64,000 nt of DNA, taken from the human T2T-CHM13v2.0 reference genome, Homo sapiens. The notes beneath the pieces were generated by a model. It was not told where the DNA came from. It did not search any database and saw nothing but the letters and a program-made list of their open reading frames with translations. The translations under genes were made by a program, and so were the position numbers. Of this stretch, positions 46,831 through 64,000 are shown piece after piece. Every line of letters begins with the position of its first letter. Position 1 is the first letter of the stretch. The stretch is from NCBI RefSeq assembly GCF_009914755.1, contig NC_060931.1, one strand, 5' to 3'.

Positions 46831-48839
46831 TCTCTTTAGATTAAAAAAAAAGGTGAGAGAAAAGTTACTGATTATTCCTTCTTAAAATAAAATTTCATAT
46901 ATATCTGGAGCAATTTCATAAAGAATATATATCTTAGGCCTTGGTTTATTTGAAAGATTATATGTATTAATCAAAGATAAAAGCTGTAATAATATCAATT
47001 GTTTAAAATAAATATACAAAGAGTCCAAATTATAAGTTTAAATTTCCATGAAATGAAAATGTTGTGCTCTATTACCTGTCAGAAATATATATTTCTTTTT
47101 ATGCTTTCAGAATTTCTGGTGTTGGATGTATATTAAATGATAACTTTGTGATAAAAGCTAAAAAAAAGAAAAGTGTATAAATAAAACCCTCCATGACTTA
47201 GCATATAAAAAATTACTGGGCATGTCAAGAAGCAAGAAAACGTGCTCTATAATGAGGAGGAAAAACAAATCAATAGAAACTGACCTAGAAATGACACTAA
47301 TGATAAAATCTGTAGACAAGACAATTCAACATTATGTTAAGATAGACAAAAGCATGTGCATATTACACAGAGACATGAAAGATATTTTTTTAAAAGACCC
47401 AATTAAATTTCCAAAGATGAAAAATACAATGTCAGAGATGAAAACCCTGACACTAATTCAATCCAACAGCCTGACTTCTTCATCCTCCACCTGAGCTGCT
47501 AGGGACTGTGAAAAAACTACATGGGGTTGGTACCAGCATCAATTCACATCCATTGGCCTAATGGGTTTCACAGTTCTTCTACCATGACCAAGGGCAGCCC
47601 TTCCCCGTTTCCCTAAGCAGCTTCCCCCCAACTTCACCATTCACCATCGTCTCTTCCATTACTCTCATTAGATGATGTTAGGACTGATGCACAGAAAAAA
47701 ATGGAAGCCCTCTGAAAGCATATCTTGCCATAATATGCGTTCGATTAACAACCTCAGCTCCACCACACTCATCCTACCTTCTTCACCTCCTGTCAGAGGA
47801 AAAGATACTTCTTTTATATCTGGTTCATCCCTTTCTTCTGGCCTTTGGACATCACCTTCTTCCCCCTCACACATATACCTCCATGATGTCTGAGACCCAC
47901 TCATTATTCTTTTTCTTCTATATCTTTAAGCTCTAGCTCTGCTCTGGTGTTTTCACTTAGCTTAGAAGTAGGATACGTCTCTGCACATCTCAAAATAGTT
48001 CTTCCCTGGTTTCAGATTCTCCCCTCTTCTCCTTTCCTACATAGCCAAACTTCTTGAAGAATAGTGTATATGTAACTATAAAACTCTTAGAAGAAAACAC
48101 AGGGGAAAAGCTTCATGACACTGGAATTAGCAAGAATTTCCTGGATTTGACACCAAAAAGTACAGGCAACAAAATAAAAATAGACAAATTGGACTACCTC
48201 AAAACTAAAAATTTCAGTGCATCAAGGGCACAATCCTTTGAGTGAAAAGGCAATCTATAGAATGGGAGAAAATATTTGCAAATCATATATCTGATAAAGG
48301 ATTGATATTCAGAATATATAAAGAATTTCTACAACTCAGCAACAACAACAAAAACCTGATTAAAAAAAGGTCAAAGGATTTGAATAGACATTTCTCCAAA
48401 GATCTTGTAAAAATGGCCTAAAGAAGCAGATGAAAAGATGCTCGACATCACGAATCATTAGAGAACTATAAATCAACACTACATGAAATATCACCTCACA
48501 CCCACAGGGTGGCTTCTGTAAGAAAGAAACTAAGTGCTGGTGAGGATGCAGATACATTGGAACTCTGTGCTCTGTTGGTGGGAATATAAAATACTGCAGA
48601 CTTAAAATGGGATAAATAGCATAATATGGCAGTTCCTCAAAAAGTTAAAAATAGAATTACTATATGATTCATTAATTCCATGTCTGAGTACATACTGAAA
48701 AGAATTAAAAGCAGGATACTAAAGAGATATTGTATACCCACATTTATAGCAGCATGATTCACGCTAACCAAAGGTGAAAGCAACTCAAATGTCTATTGAC
48801 AAATAAGTGATAAACAAAATGTAATCTAAAAATACAACA

Positions 48840-48976
48840 GGGCTGGTGCAGCGCTCATGCCTATAATCCCAGCACTTTGCAAGGTCAAAGCTAGCAGAGT
48901 GCTTGAGACCAAGAGTTCAAGACCAGCCTGGGCAAGATAGCAAAATCCTGTCTCTATGACGACAACAACAACAAAA
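48840..48976 (+). mobile_element. Alu monomer (FLAM-like)
   Basis: Single left arm. Confidence 0.8.
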
Positions 48977-49048
48977 CCAGAATATTATTCAGCCTTAAAA
49001 ATGAAAAAAATTCGAATACATGCTAGAACATGAATGAATCTTGAGGCC

Positions 49049-49452
49049 TGTATTAATTTACTAGGGCTGCCATAACAAAATACCACAGACTAAGTGGCTT
49101 ACAAACAGTAATTTATTTTCTCACAGTTCTGGAGGCTTGAAGCCCAAGATCATGGCACCAGCTAGTTTTGTTTGTCCTGAGAATACTCTCTATGGCTTGC
49201 AGGTGGCCGCCTCGTCACCGTGTCCTCACGTGGACTTTTTTCTGCACACATGCATCCCTGGAGTCTCTCTGTCCAAATGTCCTCTTTTTATAAAAACACC
49301 AGTCAGATTGCATTAGGGCCCATCCTAATGGCCTTATTTTAACTTAACTACCTTTTTAAAGACCACTATCTCCAAATCAGTCAACTTCTGAGGTACTGGG
49401 AGTTAGGGCTTCAACATATGAATCGGGAGGTACACAATTCAGTCTATAACAA
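49049..49452 (-). mobile_element. MLT1A/B-type MaLR LTR
   Basis: tgtattaatttactagggctgccataacaaaataccacagact...cacaattcagtctataaca. Confidence 0.88.
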
Positions 49453-49763
49453 GGCCATTATATCAAGTTAAATAAGCTAATCACGAAAGGAAAAATACTG
49501 TGTGATTATATGGGGTACTTAGAGTTGTCACATTCATAGAAACAGAAAACAGAATAGTCGTTGTGGGGACTGGGGAAGGGGAAATGGGGAGTTGCTGTTT
49601 AATGGGTATAGAGTTTCAATTTTATAAGATAAAAAAGCTCTGGAGATTGTTTGCAGAACAATGTGAATATACTTAACACTACTGAACTGTACACTTGGAA
49701 ATGGTACAGATGATAAATTTTAGGTTATGTGTTTTTTAACTACAATAAAAAATTATTGAATTA

Positions 49764-50059
49764 AATTATTTATTTTGAGACAGGGTCTTGCTTTGTTGCC
49801 CAGGCTGGAGTGTAATGGCATGATCTCAGCTCACTGCTGCCTCGACCTCCTGGGCTCAAATGATCCTCCCATCTCAGTCTCCTGAGTAGCTGGGACTACA
49901 GGTACATGCCACCACATTTGGCTAATTTTTGTATTTTTCGTAGAGGTGGGGATCTCATCACGTAGCCCAGGCTGGTGTGGAACTGCTGGGCTCAAGCGAT
50001 TGGCCCACCTCAGCCTCCCCAAGTGCTGGAATTACAGGCACAAGCTACTGCACCTGACC
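49764..50059 (-). mobile_element. Alu (AluJ)
   Basis: Reverse dimer. Confidence 0.9.
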
Positions 50060-51769
50060 AAAAAGGATCATTTTACAAAGAATAGTATACATGGGGTTGT
50101 TCCACCTGCTTACCCTCTCTTCAGGATGGTATCACCATCATCACCTGCGTTGTCATCATACAGGACACAGCCAAGCACCTCCAGGATACCTCTTTGAAAG
50201 CGTCATAGATGCTTCTACCCATCATAAGAAGACTTATCCGATTTTCCCAAACCTACTCTTCTTCCTACTCACCTTGTCTTGGTGAAATTTATTCCTCTCT
50301 TCCCAAGGGATCAAGCAAAAACAATTAGAGTGCTCCTAATCTCCTCTGTTCTGCCCTCCCCGCTCACATCCTTCAAAAAGTTTCTCTCTTAAATGTCTCA
50401 GGCTCTGACCCTCTCTCCATTGCCGCTACTGTCTCGGTCACACCTTATCCCTGCTGGGCCTACTTCACAATTGCTCCTGTCACTGGTTTTCTGCCCTGTG
50501 CCCCCACATTCCAAATCCACCTCTGAACTGCTGTCAGAGAGCTGTAAATCACAAATCTGGTCATGCATTCCCCTATTTAAATTCCTCCAAACTCCCCAGG
50601 TTAAATTGCAAGTGAGGCCTCCCTGGGCTGGTCTCTGTCACGCTCTGCAGCCTCATCCCTCCCCTATCCCCACAAATGCCTTCTTGTCCTGCAGCAGCCC
50701 CAGGAGAGGACTGAACGCAGCTTGCTGCTCTGCGTCTCCCCATCCTAGGCCCAATCTCCCTCAATAACCTAACTCGGCTCCTACCTGTCCTTTCACAGGT
50801 GTGACCTCTTTCCTGAGCAAGCAGCTCTTGCTTACCTTCCTCCCTGGTAATTCTCACTCTAAGAGGCAAGAACTTTCTTAGTTGTCTGCCTTTCCCATCA
50901 GATACTGAGCCCCACGATGAGCAAACTAAGAGCCCTTCCTTCATGCTACACATATTTATTGAACTGCTATTTAGTGTAAATCACCATGCTAGATCTTTCT
51001 GCCCTCATTACCAGTGTTTAGAAGAGTATTTGGCATGCAGTGGGGAACTTGATGAATGTTTATCAAATTAAATTTTAAATATTTCAGCTTAATTAGCATT
51101 AATTAACTGCCTCCAAAGCACCTGCGAAGTATGAGCTGCCGCCATTCATAAGGCCTTGAAATCTAGTGAAGAGAGGAGAGAAAGAAGTAAAGGATTCCAA
51201 GTGGCACCTCAAGGGCTGGAGACCAGCAGAGCCCAGGCCTTAGGAAACGGGAACCGGGAGTCCGGGAGTCCGGAAATCCGGGAGTCCGAGAGCAGGGCCG
51301 GCTGCTGGAATTCAAACATCAAATTTGTGTTTTGTGTTTATAAAAGCTCTCCCTTATGTCACTTGGGAGACAAATCTAAAATGCAGCTAAAGTAAATGAG
51401 AGCTTACATTGAATATAAGGGCTCATCAGCAGGTCCCGAGCTTGGCCTGGGGAGAACATTTTTGATTCCCCCAAATTCTGCTCAGGCTCTCAGGCATAGA
51501 TATTCCGGGGGATAGAAAGAAGGATCATTTGCTTTGATTTTAGAATTGCCTATTTTTTAATATCTATTAATCTCTATATCCCGACATCATCAAAATTACC
51601 TTGATGCATGGTTTATCTCCACGCACTTTTGGGCCACTGTTACCTATTATGGCTCATGGCATCACAGTCTTAGGAGCACCGAGGAGTGTCACTCACCCAC
51701 AGAGGAGTAAACGTCATGGGCCAGACTCGAATTACTAAAAGACAAGACTCTGAACGGAAGGGTCTCCCA

Positions 51770-52015
51770 CCTGTGGTTAATAATGATGAGGCAGTTACCA
51801 GCATGAGCTTTAGAGGAGATATGCTCCTCTACTTACTAGCTGAATAACCTGGGGGAGTCACTTAAATGTTCCATGCTTCCGTTTCCTCATTTTTAATTGG
51901 GATTAAAAATAGTATCAGAATTGTTGTGAGGATTAAATGAACTAACATATGTCGAGCCCTTAGAATCATACCAGGCTCATAGTAAGTGCTATGCAAAAGT
52001 TAGCTAGTATCAGCA
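51770..52015 (+). mobile_element. MIR
   Basis: ctacttactagctg...gtttcctcat...gttgtgaggattaaatga...catagtaagtgct. Confidence 0.85.
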
Positions 52016-52158
52016 TTTGTCAAGAGGCAAAAAAATGATTCAGGCATTATTTTGGGTGCTTTGCATGGATAATTCCATTTATCACACACACACACCTATG
52101 CATGTAACACCCCCTTCCCATGTAGGCATCTTGATCCTCATAACAAATTGGAGGTGCA

Positions 52159-52526
<368 letters not shown>

Positions 52527-52664
52527 TCAAACTCAAGACTAATGCTTCACATACTCGTACCACTTTGCATTCTGGGTTATACCTATTCATGTACATGTCT
52601 TGTCTCCCCTTAAGAATGGAACCTTTTGAAGTCCAGGTCCACATTGGACTCAACTCTGTATTTG

Positions 52665-53020
52665 AGTGTAATGGTAGGAATGGTCTAGGTTATGCTGCAG
52701 CCAGAACTCCAACATCCCAGTGGAACCCAACACAACTTGCTCATTCATGCTACATACCTGCCTGGCACGGGTCAGCAGGGAAACGTCACTCATTGTAGCC
52801 ATCAGGGATCCAGGATGACAGGGACCATCTCAACACTGACTTCCTCAATTACGGAAGTAGGAGAAAAGGGAGTGTTGTAAATTGTGTACTGGCTTTTAAA
52901 GGTTTCGCTTGGAAGTGTCACGCGTAATTTCTGCCCACATTTTATTAGTTAAAGCACGTGACTTTGTCCATGTCTAACATAAAGGGAAGAGAAATGTTAT
53001 CCTATCATATACCTGGAAGG
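52665..53020 (-). mobile_element. Old MaLR LTR (MLT1J/K/L-like)
   Basis: ctaggttatgctgcag...ggaagtgtcacgcgtaatttctgcccacatttt. Confidence 0.65.
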
Positions 53021-53142
53021 AAAACTAAAATATTTGTGAAAACTCATTCACAACCATACTCCCAGAGTAGTTATCACTACGCATGCAGTGGGCATCCAAT
53101 AAATATTCAGGAAGTGAATAACAAGGTACAGCAAGCATTTAG

Positions 53143-53310
53143 ATCAGAGGGTCTCAACCTTGGCTGAACATTAGAATCACCTGGGAAGATTTCTAATGAT
53201 CCAGCAAACCAGACTGGACTTCAGACTACCCAAATTGCACTCTCTGGAGGGCATCAAAAGTTTGTAACGCTCCCCAGGTTATTTCAAGTAGAGAAGCTTG
53301 ATTTAGACCC
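53143..53310. mobile_element. MER5A
   Basis: tctcaaccttggctgaacattagaatcacctggg...ctccccaggttatt. Confidence 0.75.
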
Positions 53311-53677
53311 TACTCCAAATATCACTTCACACAGGCCATCCTGGCTTCAGTGCTGCAAAGAAGTGCTCACGCCTGGTTATTGTAATTATGTGGTCTGATT
53401 TTGACTCCTGAGTGGTATATTCTTCTATATATACATGAGTGTTTGTTTTTGCATGGCACACTTAGTCACGGGATAACTCCATAAATTACTCTTCTATTAA
53501 ATTATTGTTAGCCTGTGTAAGCTTCCTTTTATACAGTAACATACATAATCCTGGAAATCTTTTTGATGCATCTAATGATGAGGGCATAAACTTTTCAGGC
53601 CTTTTGAGGAATTTTTAGGATACAATATTTCACTTTGTATATAAAATTTTAACTTAACTCACTGTATTTAAGTTTTA

Positions 53678-53723
53678 TTAGGTTGGTGTGAAAGTAATTG
53701 CAGTTTTCACCATTACTTTTAAT
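53678..53723. mobile_element. MADE1 (mariner MITE) fragment
   Basis: ttaggttggtgtgaaagtaattgcagttttcaccattacttttaat. Confidence 0.75.
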
Positions 53724-54895
53724 ACATTTCAAAACCTTTCTGGAGAACACAAGAGTAGTTCAGTATCAGAAAATTAGTTAACATCATAAACAAAATTTAT
53801 AAACCTAATGGGGAAAAATCATATTATTATCTCCATATATGCCGAAAAAGCCTTTGACAAAATTCAACATCCATTCATGATTTAAAAAACAAAACATACT
53901 CAGGAGAACAGAAAATGAGAAATACTTTCTTTATATGTGATATGTGTGTGTCTGAATCCTAACGCTGACATCTTATTTAATGGAAATACATTCAAGGTGT
54001 TTTCACTAAGATTATAACAAGGCAAGGATGCCTGTTAGAATCCCTGTTACTAGAAATTGTATTAGAGTATTAGCCAATGCAATTAGACACAATAAATCAA
54101 TTCGAGGCATAAGAATGGGTAAAAAAAACCTATCTATTTGCAGACATGATAGCATAAATAGAAAAACCCTATAGAACCAACATTCAAACCAACAAAAATA
54201 ATTTAATAAAGTGGTAGATTATAAAATTAACAAATGAAAATCAATAGACTTTATATATAAGCAATAACCAATTAGAGGACATTATGATAAAGAAAACCCA
54301 TTTAGAGAACTAACAAAAAGATAAAATATTAGGAATAAACTTAAGAAGCAATGTACAAACCTAATCAGCGAAATTTTAAAACACTTCTGATAGATACAAA
54401 AGTAGACTTGAACAAATGGAAAGGAATCTTCCATTCTTGGATAGAATGACTGAACATTATAAAGATAACAGTTTTTATGATCCACCGATCCTACCGGGTA
54501 CATATCCAAAGGAAATAAAATCCGTATGTTGAAGAGATACCTGCACTCCCATGTTCCTTGCAGCATTATTTATAATAGCCAAGATATGGATTCAGCCTAA
54601 GTGTTCATCAGTGGGTAAGTGAATGAAGAAAATGTGGTATATATACACAATTAAATACTATTCAGTCTTTAAAAATAATGAAATCCTGACATTTGCAACA
54701 ACATGGATGAGTCTGGAAGACATTAAGTGAAATAAGTCAGCCACAGAAAGATAAATACCATGTGTTCTCACTCATATGTGGTAGCTAAAACAGTAGATCT
54801 CAAAGAAGCAGAGAGCAGAATACTGGTTACCAGAGGTGGGGAGGAATAGGAGGGAGAGAAGAAAGCAAAGAGGTTAGTTAGAGGATATGAAATTA

Positions 54896-55498
<603 letters not shown>

Positions 55499-56181
55499 AG
55501 TTCCAGTGTTCTATAGCACTGGAGGGTGACTATAGTTAACAATGATTTATCGTATATTTTCAAATAGCTAGGAGAGAGGGTTTTGAATGTCCCCAACATA
55601 AATGATAAGTGTTTGAGGTGACAGATATGCTAATTACCTTGATTTGGCCATTACATATTGTATATGTGTATTAAAACATTGCTCTGTACCCCATAAATAT
55701 GTACAACTATTTGGTACCTTAAAAAAAATTTTAAGTAAAAAACAAAGTAACAGGGCTTTTTGATGAGTCCACAAGGCACTCCAAGAGAGTAGAGTACAAG
55801 GATGCACACATTCATGAAAAAGTGTATGCACGTAAGGACTCTCCCAGATGACATTTTGGGGAATTCCTGTTTTGCCTTTGATCTCATTTGCTTTCCCTTG
55901 ATCTATATTATCCTTCTTTTAGTCTTTTTTATTTTTTATTTTTATTAAGCCTTGAAATGGCCAGGATTTACTTACAGAAGAGCATAATTTAACAGTATAA
56001 AACAAAGTTTATTAGACACACACTCTACTGAGATTAGACTTTATGTTTAATTCATCTTTGTTTCTCCATAATGTGCTTTGAATAGTGTCTTATAGTAACT
56101 TCTCAGTAAATGTTGAAGCAATGAATGAAAGAATGCGTAATGTATGACTTGAAGCTCCTGATATTTTCTAGCCAGTTAGGT

Positions 56182-56497
56182 TTTTATTATTTATTTATTT
56201 ATTTATTTATTCTTTTTTTGAGACAGAGTCTCATTCTGTCACCCAGGCTGGAGTGCAGTGGCACAATTGGCTCACTGCAGCCTCCGTTTCCCAGGTTCAA
56301 GCAATTCTCCTGCTTCAGCTTCTCGAGTAACTGGGATTACAGGTGCACACCAGTACCCCCAGCTAATTTTCGTATTTTTAGTAGAGATGGGGTCTCACCA
56401 GGCCAGGCTGGTCTCCAACTCCTGACCTCAAATGATCCACCTGCCTCGGCCTCCCAAAGTGCTGGGATTACAGATGTGAGCCACCACGCCTGGCCCA
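56182..56497 (-). mobile_element. Alu (AluS)
   Basis: TSD aggttttta. Confidence 0.95.
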
Positions 56498-56524
56498 GGT
56501 TTTTAATTACTCTTTAAAACATCA

Positions 56525-56920
56525 AGATCTACCAGCATTATTCACAATATCCAGAAGGCAGAAGCAACCCAAGTGTCCATCAATGAATAAATGGATAAAC
56601 AAAATGTCATATATTCGTACAATACAATATTATGCAGCCTTAAAATAAAGAAGGAAATTCTGACACATGAGTTGGATGAACAGCTTGGATGAAACTTGAG
56701 GTCATTATACTACCTGAAATAAGCCAGTCATAAAAAAAATACTACATGATTCCACTTATACGAGGTATCTAGAATAGTCAAACTAATAGAAAGTAGTTGC
56801 CAGAGCTGGGATAAGGGGAGATGGGGAGCCAATTAAAGGGTATGGAGTCTCGGTTTTGCAAGATGAAAGTGTCCTGGACATTGTTTGTACAACAATGTAA
56901 GTATTCTTAACAATACGGAA
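56525..56920 (+). mobile_element. L1MB 3' fragment
   Basis: cagcattattcacaat...aagcaacccaagtgtccatcaatg... Confidence 0.85.
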
Positions 56921-56921
56921 C

Positions 56922-57211
56922 ATGACAGAAGTTACTACCCTTTTCCTAGAAATTTCTGCATAAACCACCCCTTAACCTGCAAGCAATTAAAAGTAGGTAT
57001 AAACATGACTGCAGAATTCCCCTGAGCTGCTACTTTCAGCACACTGCCTATGAAATAGGCTTGTTCTGCAGGAGCAGTCAAGGAGCTGTAACACTGCAAC
57101 TTTGATAAAGCTGTTTCTTCTACCATCAGCTTGCCCTTGAATTCTTTCCTGGGGGAAGTAAAGAACCCTCCCAGACTAAGCCCCAATTTGGGGCTTGCCT
57201 GCCCTGCATCA
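56922..57211 (+). mobile_element. ERV1 (MER4-group; MER41/MER66-like) LTR, 3' half
   Basis: gaattctttcctggg...aagaaccctccc...ccccaatttggggcttgcctgccctgcatca end. Confidence 0.75.
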
Positions 57212-58400
<1,189 letters not shown>

Positions 58401-61349
58401 AGAATAGAAACACTCAAGAGAATAGTAAAAGAGAAATGCTTTCTTTATATGTGTATACGTGTATGTATGCATATGCTTGTGTGTGTGTGTTGTCTAAATC
58501 CTAAATCTGGTATCTTATTTAATGGGAAAACATTAAAAGTGTTTTCACTAAGATTACTAACAAGGCAAGAATACCCACTCTCTTCCCTATTACTGAAAAT
58601 TATATTAGCGTATTCACCAGTGCAATTAGACAAGATAAATTAATTAGACACATCAAATAGAATTGTCTGTTTGCAGATAATATGATAATCTAATGAGAAA
58701 ATCCTACAGAATCAACAAACTAACAAAAAATAATAAGGTGGTAGGATATAAAATTAACAAACAAAAATCAATAGCCTTAATGTATACAAACAATAACCAA
58801 TTAGAGGATATTATGATAGACAAAAATCTATTTAGAGAACCAACAAAAAGATAAAGTACTTAGGAATAAATTTAACAATTTGCAAACCTAATCAGGAAAA
58901 TTTTAAAACACTTCTGAAAGATACAAAAGTAGACAGGAACCAATGGAAAAGCATCCTCCATTCTTGGATAGAATGTCTGAACATTAGAAAGATATTAGTT
59001 CTTATGATCCAGCAACCCTACTACTGGGTAAATATCCAAAGGAAATAAAATCTGTATGTTGAAGAGATATCTGCATTGTCATGTTAACTGCAGCATTATT
59101 CATCATAGCCAAGATATGGAATCAACCTAAGTGTTCATCAATGGATGAGTGGATAAAGAAAATGTGATATATGTACATAATGAAAACAGAATAAAAAAGA
59201 ATGAAATCCTGTCATTTGCAACAACATGGATGAGCCTGGAGGACCTTATGTCAAGTAAAGTAAGTCAGGTACAGAAAAACAAATACTGCATGATATCATC
59301 TACATGTGGAATCTAAAAAGGTGGAACTCATAGAAGTGGAGAGTGGAATGGTGGTTATCCAGGGCTGGGAAGCAGGAGAGTTGGGAGATGTTGGTCAAAG
59401 GATATGAAATATAAGCTCGATAGGAGGATAAAGTTCAAGAGATCTACTTTACAACAGTGTGACTACAGTTAATAACAATGTATTGTATTCTTGCAAATTG
59501 CCAAAAGAATAAATTGTAAGTTTCTCACCTCAAAAAAATAAGTATATGAAGTACTGTATATGTTAGTTTGATTTAGCCATTCCACAATTTCATATTTCAA
59601 AACGTTATACATAATAAATATAATTTTTATTTGTCAATTAAAAATATATTTAAAAAATTTAAATTCATGTTAGTAAATCGAAAAATATGATACCAGTTCT
59701 TCCTAAGTTAATATATATATTTAATAAAATTCCAGTAAAAATGTCAGTGAGCACTTTGATGGAGCTAGGCAAGTTGATAGTAAAGTTCATATAGAAAAGC
59801 AAAAATGCAAGAACAACCAGGAAAACACTGAAAAAGAAAAACTATGAGGGAGAACGAATCCCACTGACATGAAAACATACTACGAAGCTCTACAATTTGA
59901 ACAGTGTGGTAATCGCACATCCATAGATAGAATGGAATGGAAGCCCAGGAAAAGACCTAAGGATATATGGAAATGTAGTATATGATAAGAGTGACATCTC
60001 AAATGAAATAATGGAAATTTTAATAAATGGCACAGTGACAACTGGGTGTCCATTTGGAATAAAAGATTAAATTAGATCCATATCTCACAAAACACACAAG
60101 AATAAACTCCAAATGTTTTCGCGAATCTAAGTGTTAAAATGAAACTGTACTTGTGCTAGAAGAACATATTGGTGAATTCTTCAACCTCAATGTAGGGAAA
60201 CTTCCTTTAACTATGACTCAAAATTGAGAGGCAATATAAGAAAAAAAAAAATCAATGCATTCGTCCACATAAATGTTAAAACATTTGCATGGTGAAAGGA
60301 CTATAATCAAAATTACAACTAAAAGACAACTGGCAAACTGGAAGAAATTATTTACAGTATATACTACAACCACAAGGCTAATATCCCTAATGTGTATTAA
60401 AAAAAAAAATTTCTAAAAATTGAGAGACAAAAATACCAAAAACTCACTAAAAATTGGGGAAAGATATGAGCAGACTATTCACCAAAAATGATATAAGAAT
60501 AGCCCTTGACTATATGAAAATATATTCAAGCTCACTCATAATTAGAGAAATGCAAATAAAACAATATGAGATACAATTTCTCACCTATCAGATTCACAAT
60601 AATTAAAAAGTATAACATTTTGATATACTTGTTATCATACTTTTTAATGTATAATAGCTGTTGTGAGGCTGTGGGCAAACAGGCACTCCTATATAACTCG
60701 TGGGACCACAGACTCAAAATCCTGCTGGGAGATTTTGGAAATACCTTAAAAAAACTACATATGAACCTATTTTTTCCAGTTTTTAAATTTTAATAAAATA
60801 TACATGACATAAAATTCACCATTTTAACCATTTTAAAGACAGTTCAGTGGCATTAAGTATATTCACAATGTTGAGTAAGCATTACCATCATGCATTTCCA
60901 GAACCTTTTCATCATCCTAAAGATAGACTCTGTACCCATTAAACACTAACTCTATTTCTCCTTCTCCCACCCCTTGGTAATCACCATTCTACTTTCTGTC
61001 TCTCTGACTCTATGAATTTGATTACTTTAGGTAACTCCCATAAGTGGAGTCATACAATATTTGTCCTTTTGTGTCTCACCAATTTCACATAGCATAATGT
61101 TTTCAAAGTTTATCCCTGTTGTAACATGTCTTAGAATTTCCTTCCTTCTTAAGGGTGAGTAATATTTCCTGGTATGTACATACAATATTGTTTTAATTCA
61201 TTCGTCTGTTGATGGACATTTTTAGTCTTTGTGAATAATGCAGCTATGAATATTGGAGTACAAGTATCCATTTGGAAATCCATGCTTTCAATTATTTTGT
61301 CTATATGCCTAGAAGTGGAATTGCCAAATTGTATAACTTCACGTTTAAC

Positions 61350-61490
61350 CTTTTTTTTTTAAGAGAGAGGATCTATATTGTCCAGGCTGGAGTACAGTGG
61401 ATGTTTACAGGCATGATCATAGGCACAACAGCCTTGAACTCCTGGTTTCAAGTGATCCTCCTGCCTCAGCCTCCCAAGTAGCTGGGACTC
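61350..61490 (-). mobile_element. Alu fragment (AluJ/FRAM-like)
   Basis: Single arm. Confidence 0.75.
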
Positions 61491-62341
61491 TGTGTAACAT
61501 TTCGAGGAGCTGTCAGTCTGTTTACTACAGCTGTACTTACCTTTTGACCCAGTAATCCTGCTTTTAAAAATCTACCTTGAAGATACACGTCTAACATTTT
61601 AAAAATTATATGTATCAGCTATTTGTTACAGTAGTGTTTATAATTGAAAAATTTGGGAAACAATGTAAATGTCTGTCTATAGGAATGTGGGTTGAACAAA
61701 CTATGATAAAGCCACACAATGAAATACTACACAGCTATCAAAGATAAAGAGGAAGATCTCTGTGAACAGATAGAGCAGTTTCCAGGATATATTGTTACGT
61801 GTAAAAGGCAAAGTTTATAAGCCTTTCTATTATATGCTACCTTTTAGGTAAGAAAAGAGATATAAGAAAATATAACTGTATCTGCTTTTTTGTGCAAAAG
61901 AAATATAGGAATTATAAACCATAAATTAAAGACATTGGTTATCTACAAAGAATGGCAGGGAACCAGGTAGAAAGGATGAGAGAATGGGAACAGGCTAGCA
62001 AGAACGAGGAGGAAGTAACCTTTCTCTGAGCATAGACTTTTTATAACTTTGATTTTAGAATCATAGCAAAATTTCCCATACCTTAGAAAAACCTAAGTAA
62101 ATTTGAAAAACATAATTTTGACTTGATAGTGGAAGGCTAACGTCTAAAGAAACAGTGTAAAATTATTGTAATGTAGTTAGTAAATTTGTTTTCCAACAAG
62201 GATACTAGAATTATATACCAGATCAGATAAAGAGTCAAGTTTCTCACTGTTGGAGAAAGATGTTATACATAAGGAAAGGGGCAAGGCAAAAATGAACCCG
62301 TGGAATTTATTCGAGTTACAGATCTCAGTATAAACCCACAT

Positions 62342-62406
62342 TTATATACATACATATATATACATATGTATATATATACACACACATACATACATATGTG
62401 TGTGTG
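62342..62406. repeat. (TA)/(CA)/(TG) compound microsatellite
   Basis: Direct observation. Confidence 0.85.
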
Positions 62407-62578
62407 GGCGGTTGAGTAGATGATAGATAGGCAGGCAGACAGACACACGCATATACAGATGTGTGTGCCTGCATGAGTTAGTATACGTACACACAGTTCC
62501 TTGCTCTGCTGGAAGGTCCTAGAAACAATGACTCTCTAGTAGCAATGAATACATTTAGTGCTTAGATCTTAGTTTCTA

Positions 62579-63206
<628 letters not shown>

Positions 63207-63683
63207 TTACAGAACCTATTAATACATGCAGAGGGAAAAGAGGAAATGGGGGGAAACCCCACAGTAAAAATGGTTGTAGGCATCAAAGGATGCTAAAATT
63301 AGTGGCTATAAGTTTAAGGAGAAACAAGATATTTGCATAAAGTATCTTCCCAGATACATTTATTAACCAATTACTAACGGGAAAATAGTCATTTTACTTT
63401 GGAAAAACTGGTAGTCACCTCCTTGACCGGGAATGAAGGTTCATATCTGTAGAAAGAGACATAGGACGTCATTTGATGCACAGAGAAGGGCGCAATCTGA
63501 TTTCCATGGCATTCCTGCGAAAAATGCTTGACCTCCTTTATCCATGAGAAAATATCAGATAAACCCAAATTGAAGCACATTCTATGAAATAACCGATTCG
63601 TAGTCTTCAAAAGTGACAAGGTCAGGAAAGGCAAGAAAAAGCTGAGAAATTGTTATAGACTAGAGGGGACTAAGGAGTCATGA

Positions 63684-64000
<317 letters not shown>

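Larger units (their letters stand above)
48075..49765 (+). mobile_element. L1MB 3' region
   Basis: ctataaaactcttagaagaaaacacagggg...gtgaatatacttaacactactgaactgtacactt. Confidence 0.88.
47460..51070 (+). mobile_element. L2 remnant interrupted by L1MB (48075-49770) and later elements
   Basis: Pyrimidine-rich L2-like sequence on both sides; flanking aagaatagtgtata / aagaatagtataca. Confidence 0.5.

Noticed and set aside
51248-51294. CRISPR-like repeat array
   Set aside because: 8-bp tandem units without spacers, in a primate genome.

Overview
Primate (very probably human) genomic DNA, heavily repeat-derived (about 38 Alu copies or fragments, plus many L1, L2, MIR, LTR and DNA-transposon fossils). 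The only gene I can support is the 5' end of CDCA7L on the minus strand. It has a CpG-island promoter (~8960-10560), a first coding exon encoding MELATRYQ (10092-10069) that ends at a CAG|GTGAGG donor, and ~10 kb of intron 1 running off the left edge. The remaining ~53 kb is upstream intergenic sequence. Nearly all ORFs in the supplied track are Alu, L1 or LTR artefacts. I found no convincing new biological system. The best leads are (i) candidate alternative splicing signals that would remove or truncate the CDCA7L N-terminus (a 54-nt cryptic exon or recursive-splice motif at 4544-4597, and an upstream donor at 10150), and (ii) several old, locally templated insertions and duplications between 27 and 59 kb, including a ~0.9-kb direct duplication with a shared L1/L1 junction. 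Repeat subfamily names come from recalled consensus sequences, and repeat boundaries are approximate unless target-site duplications (TSDs) are quoted.
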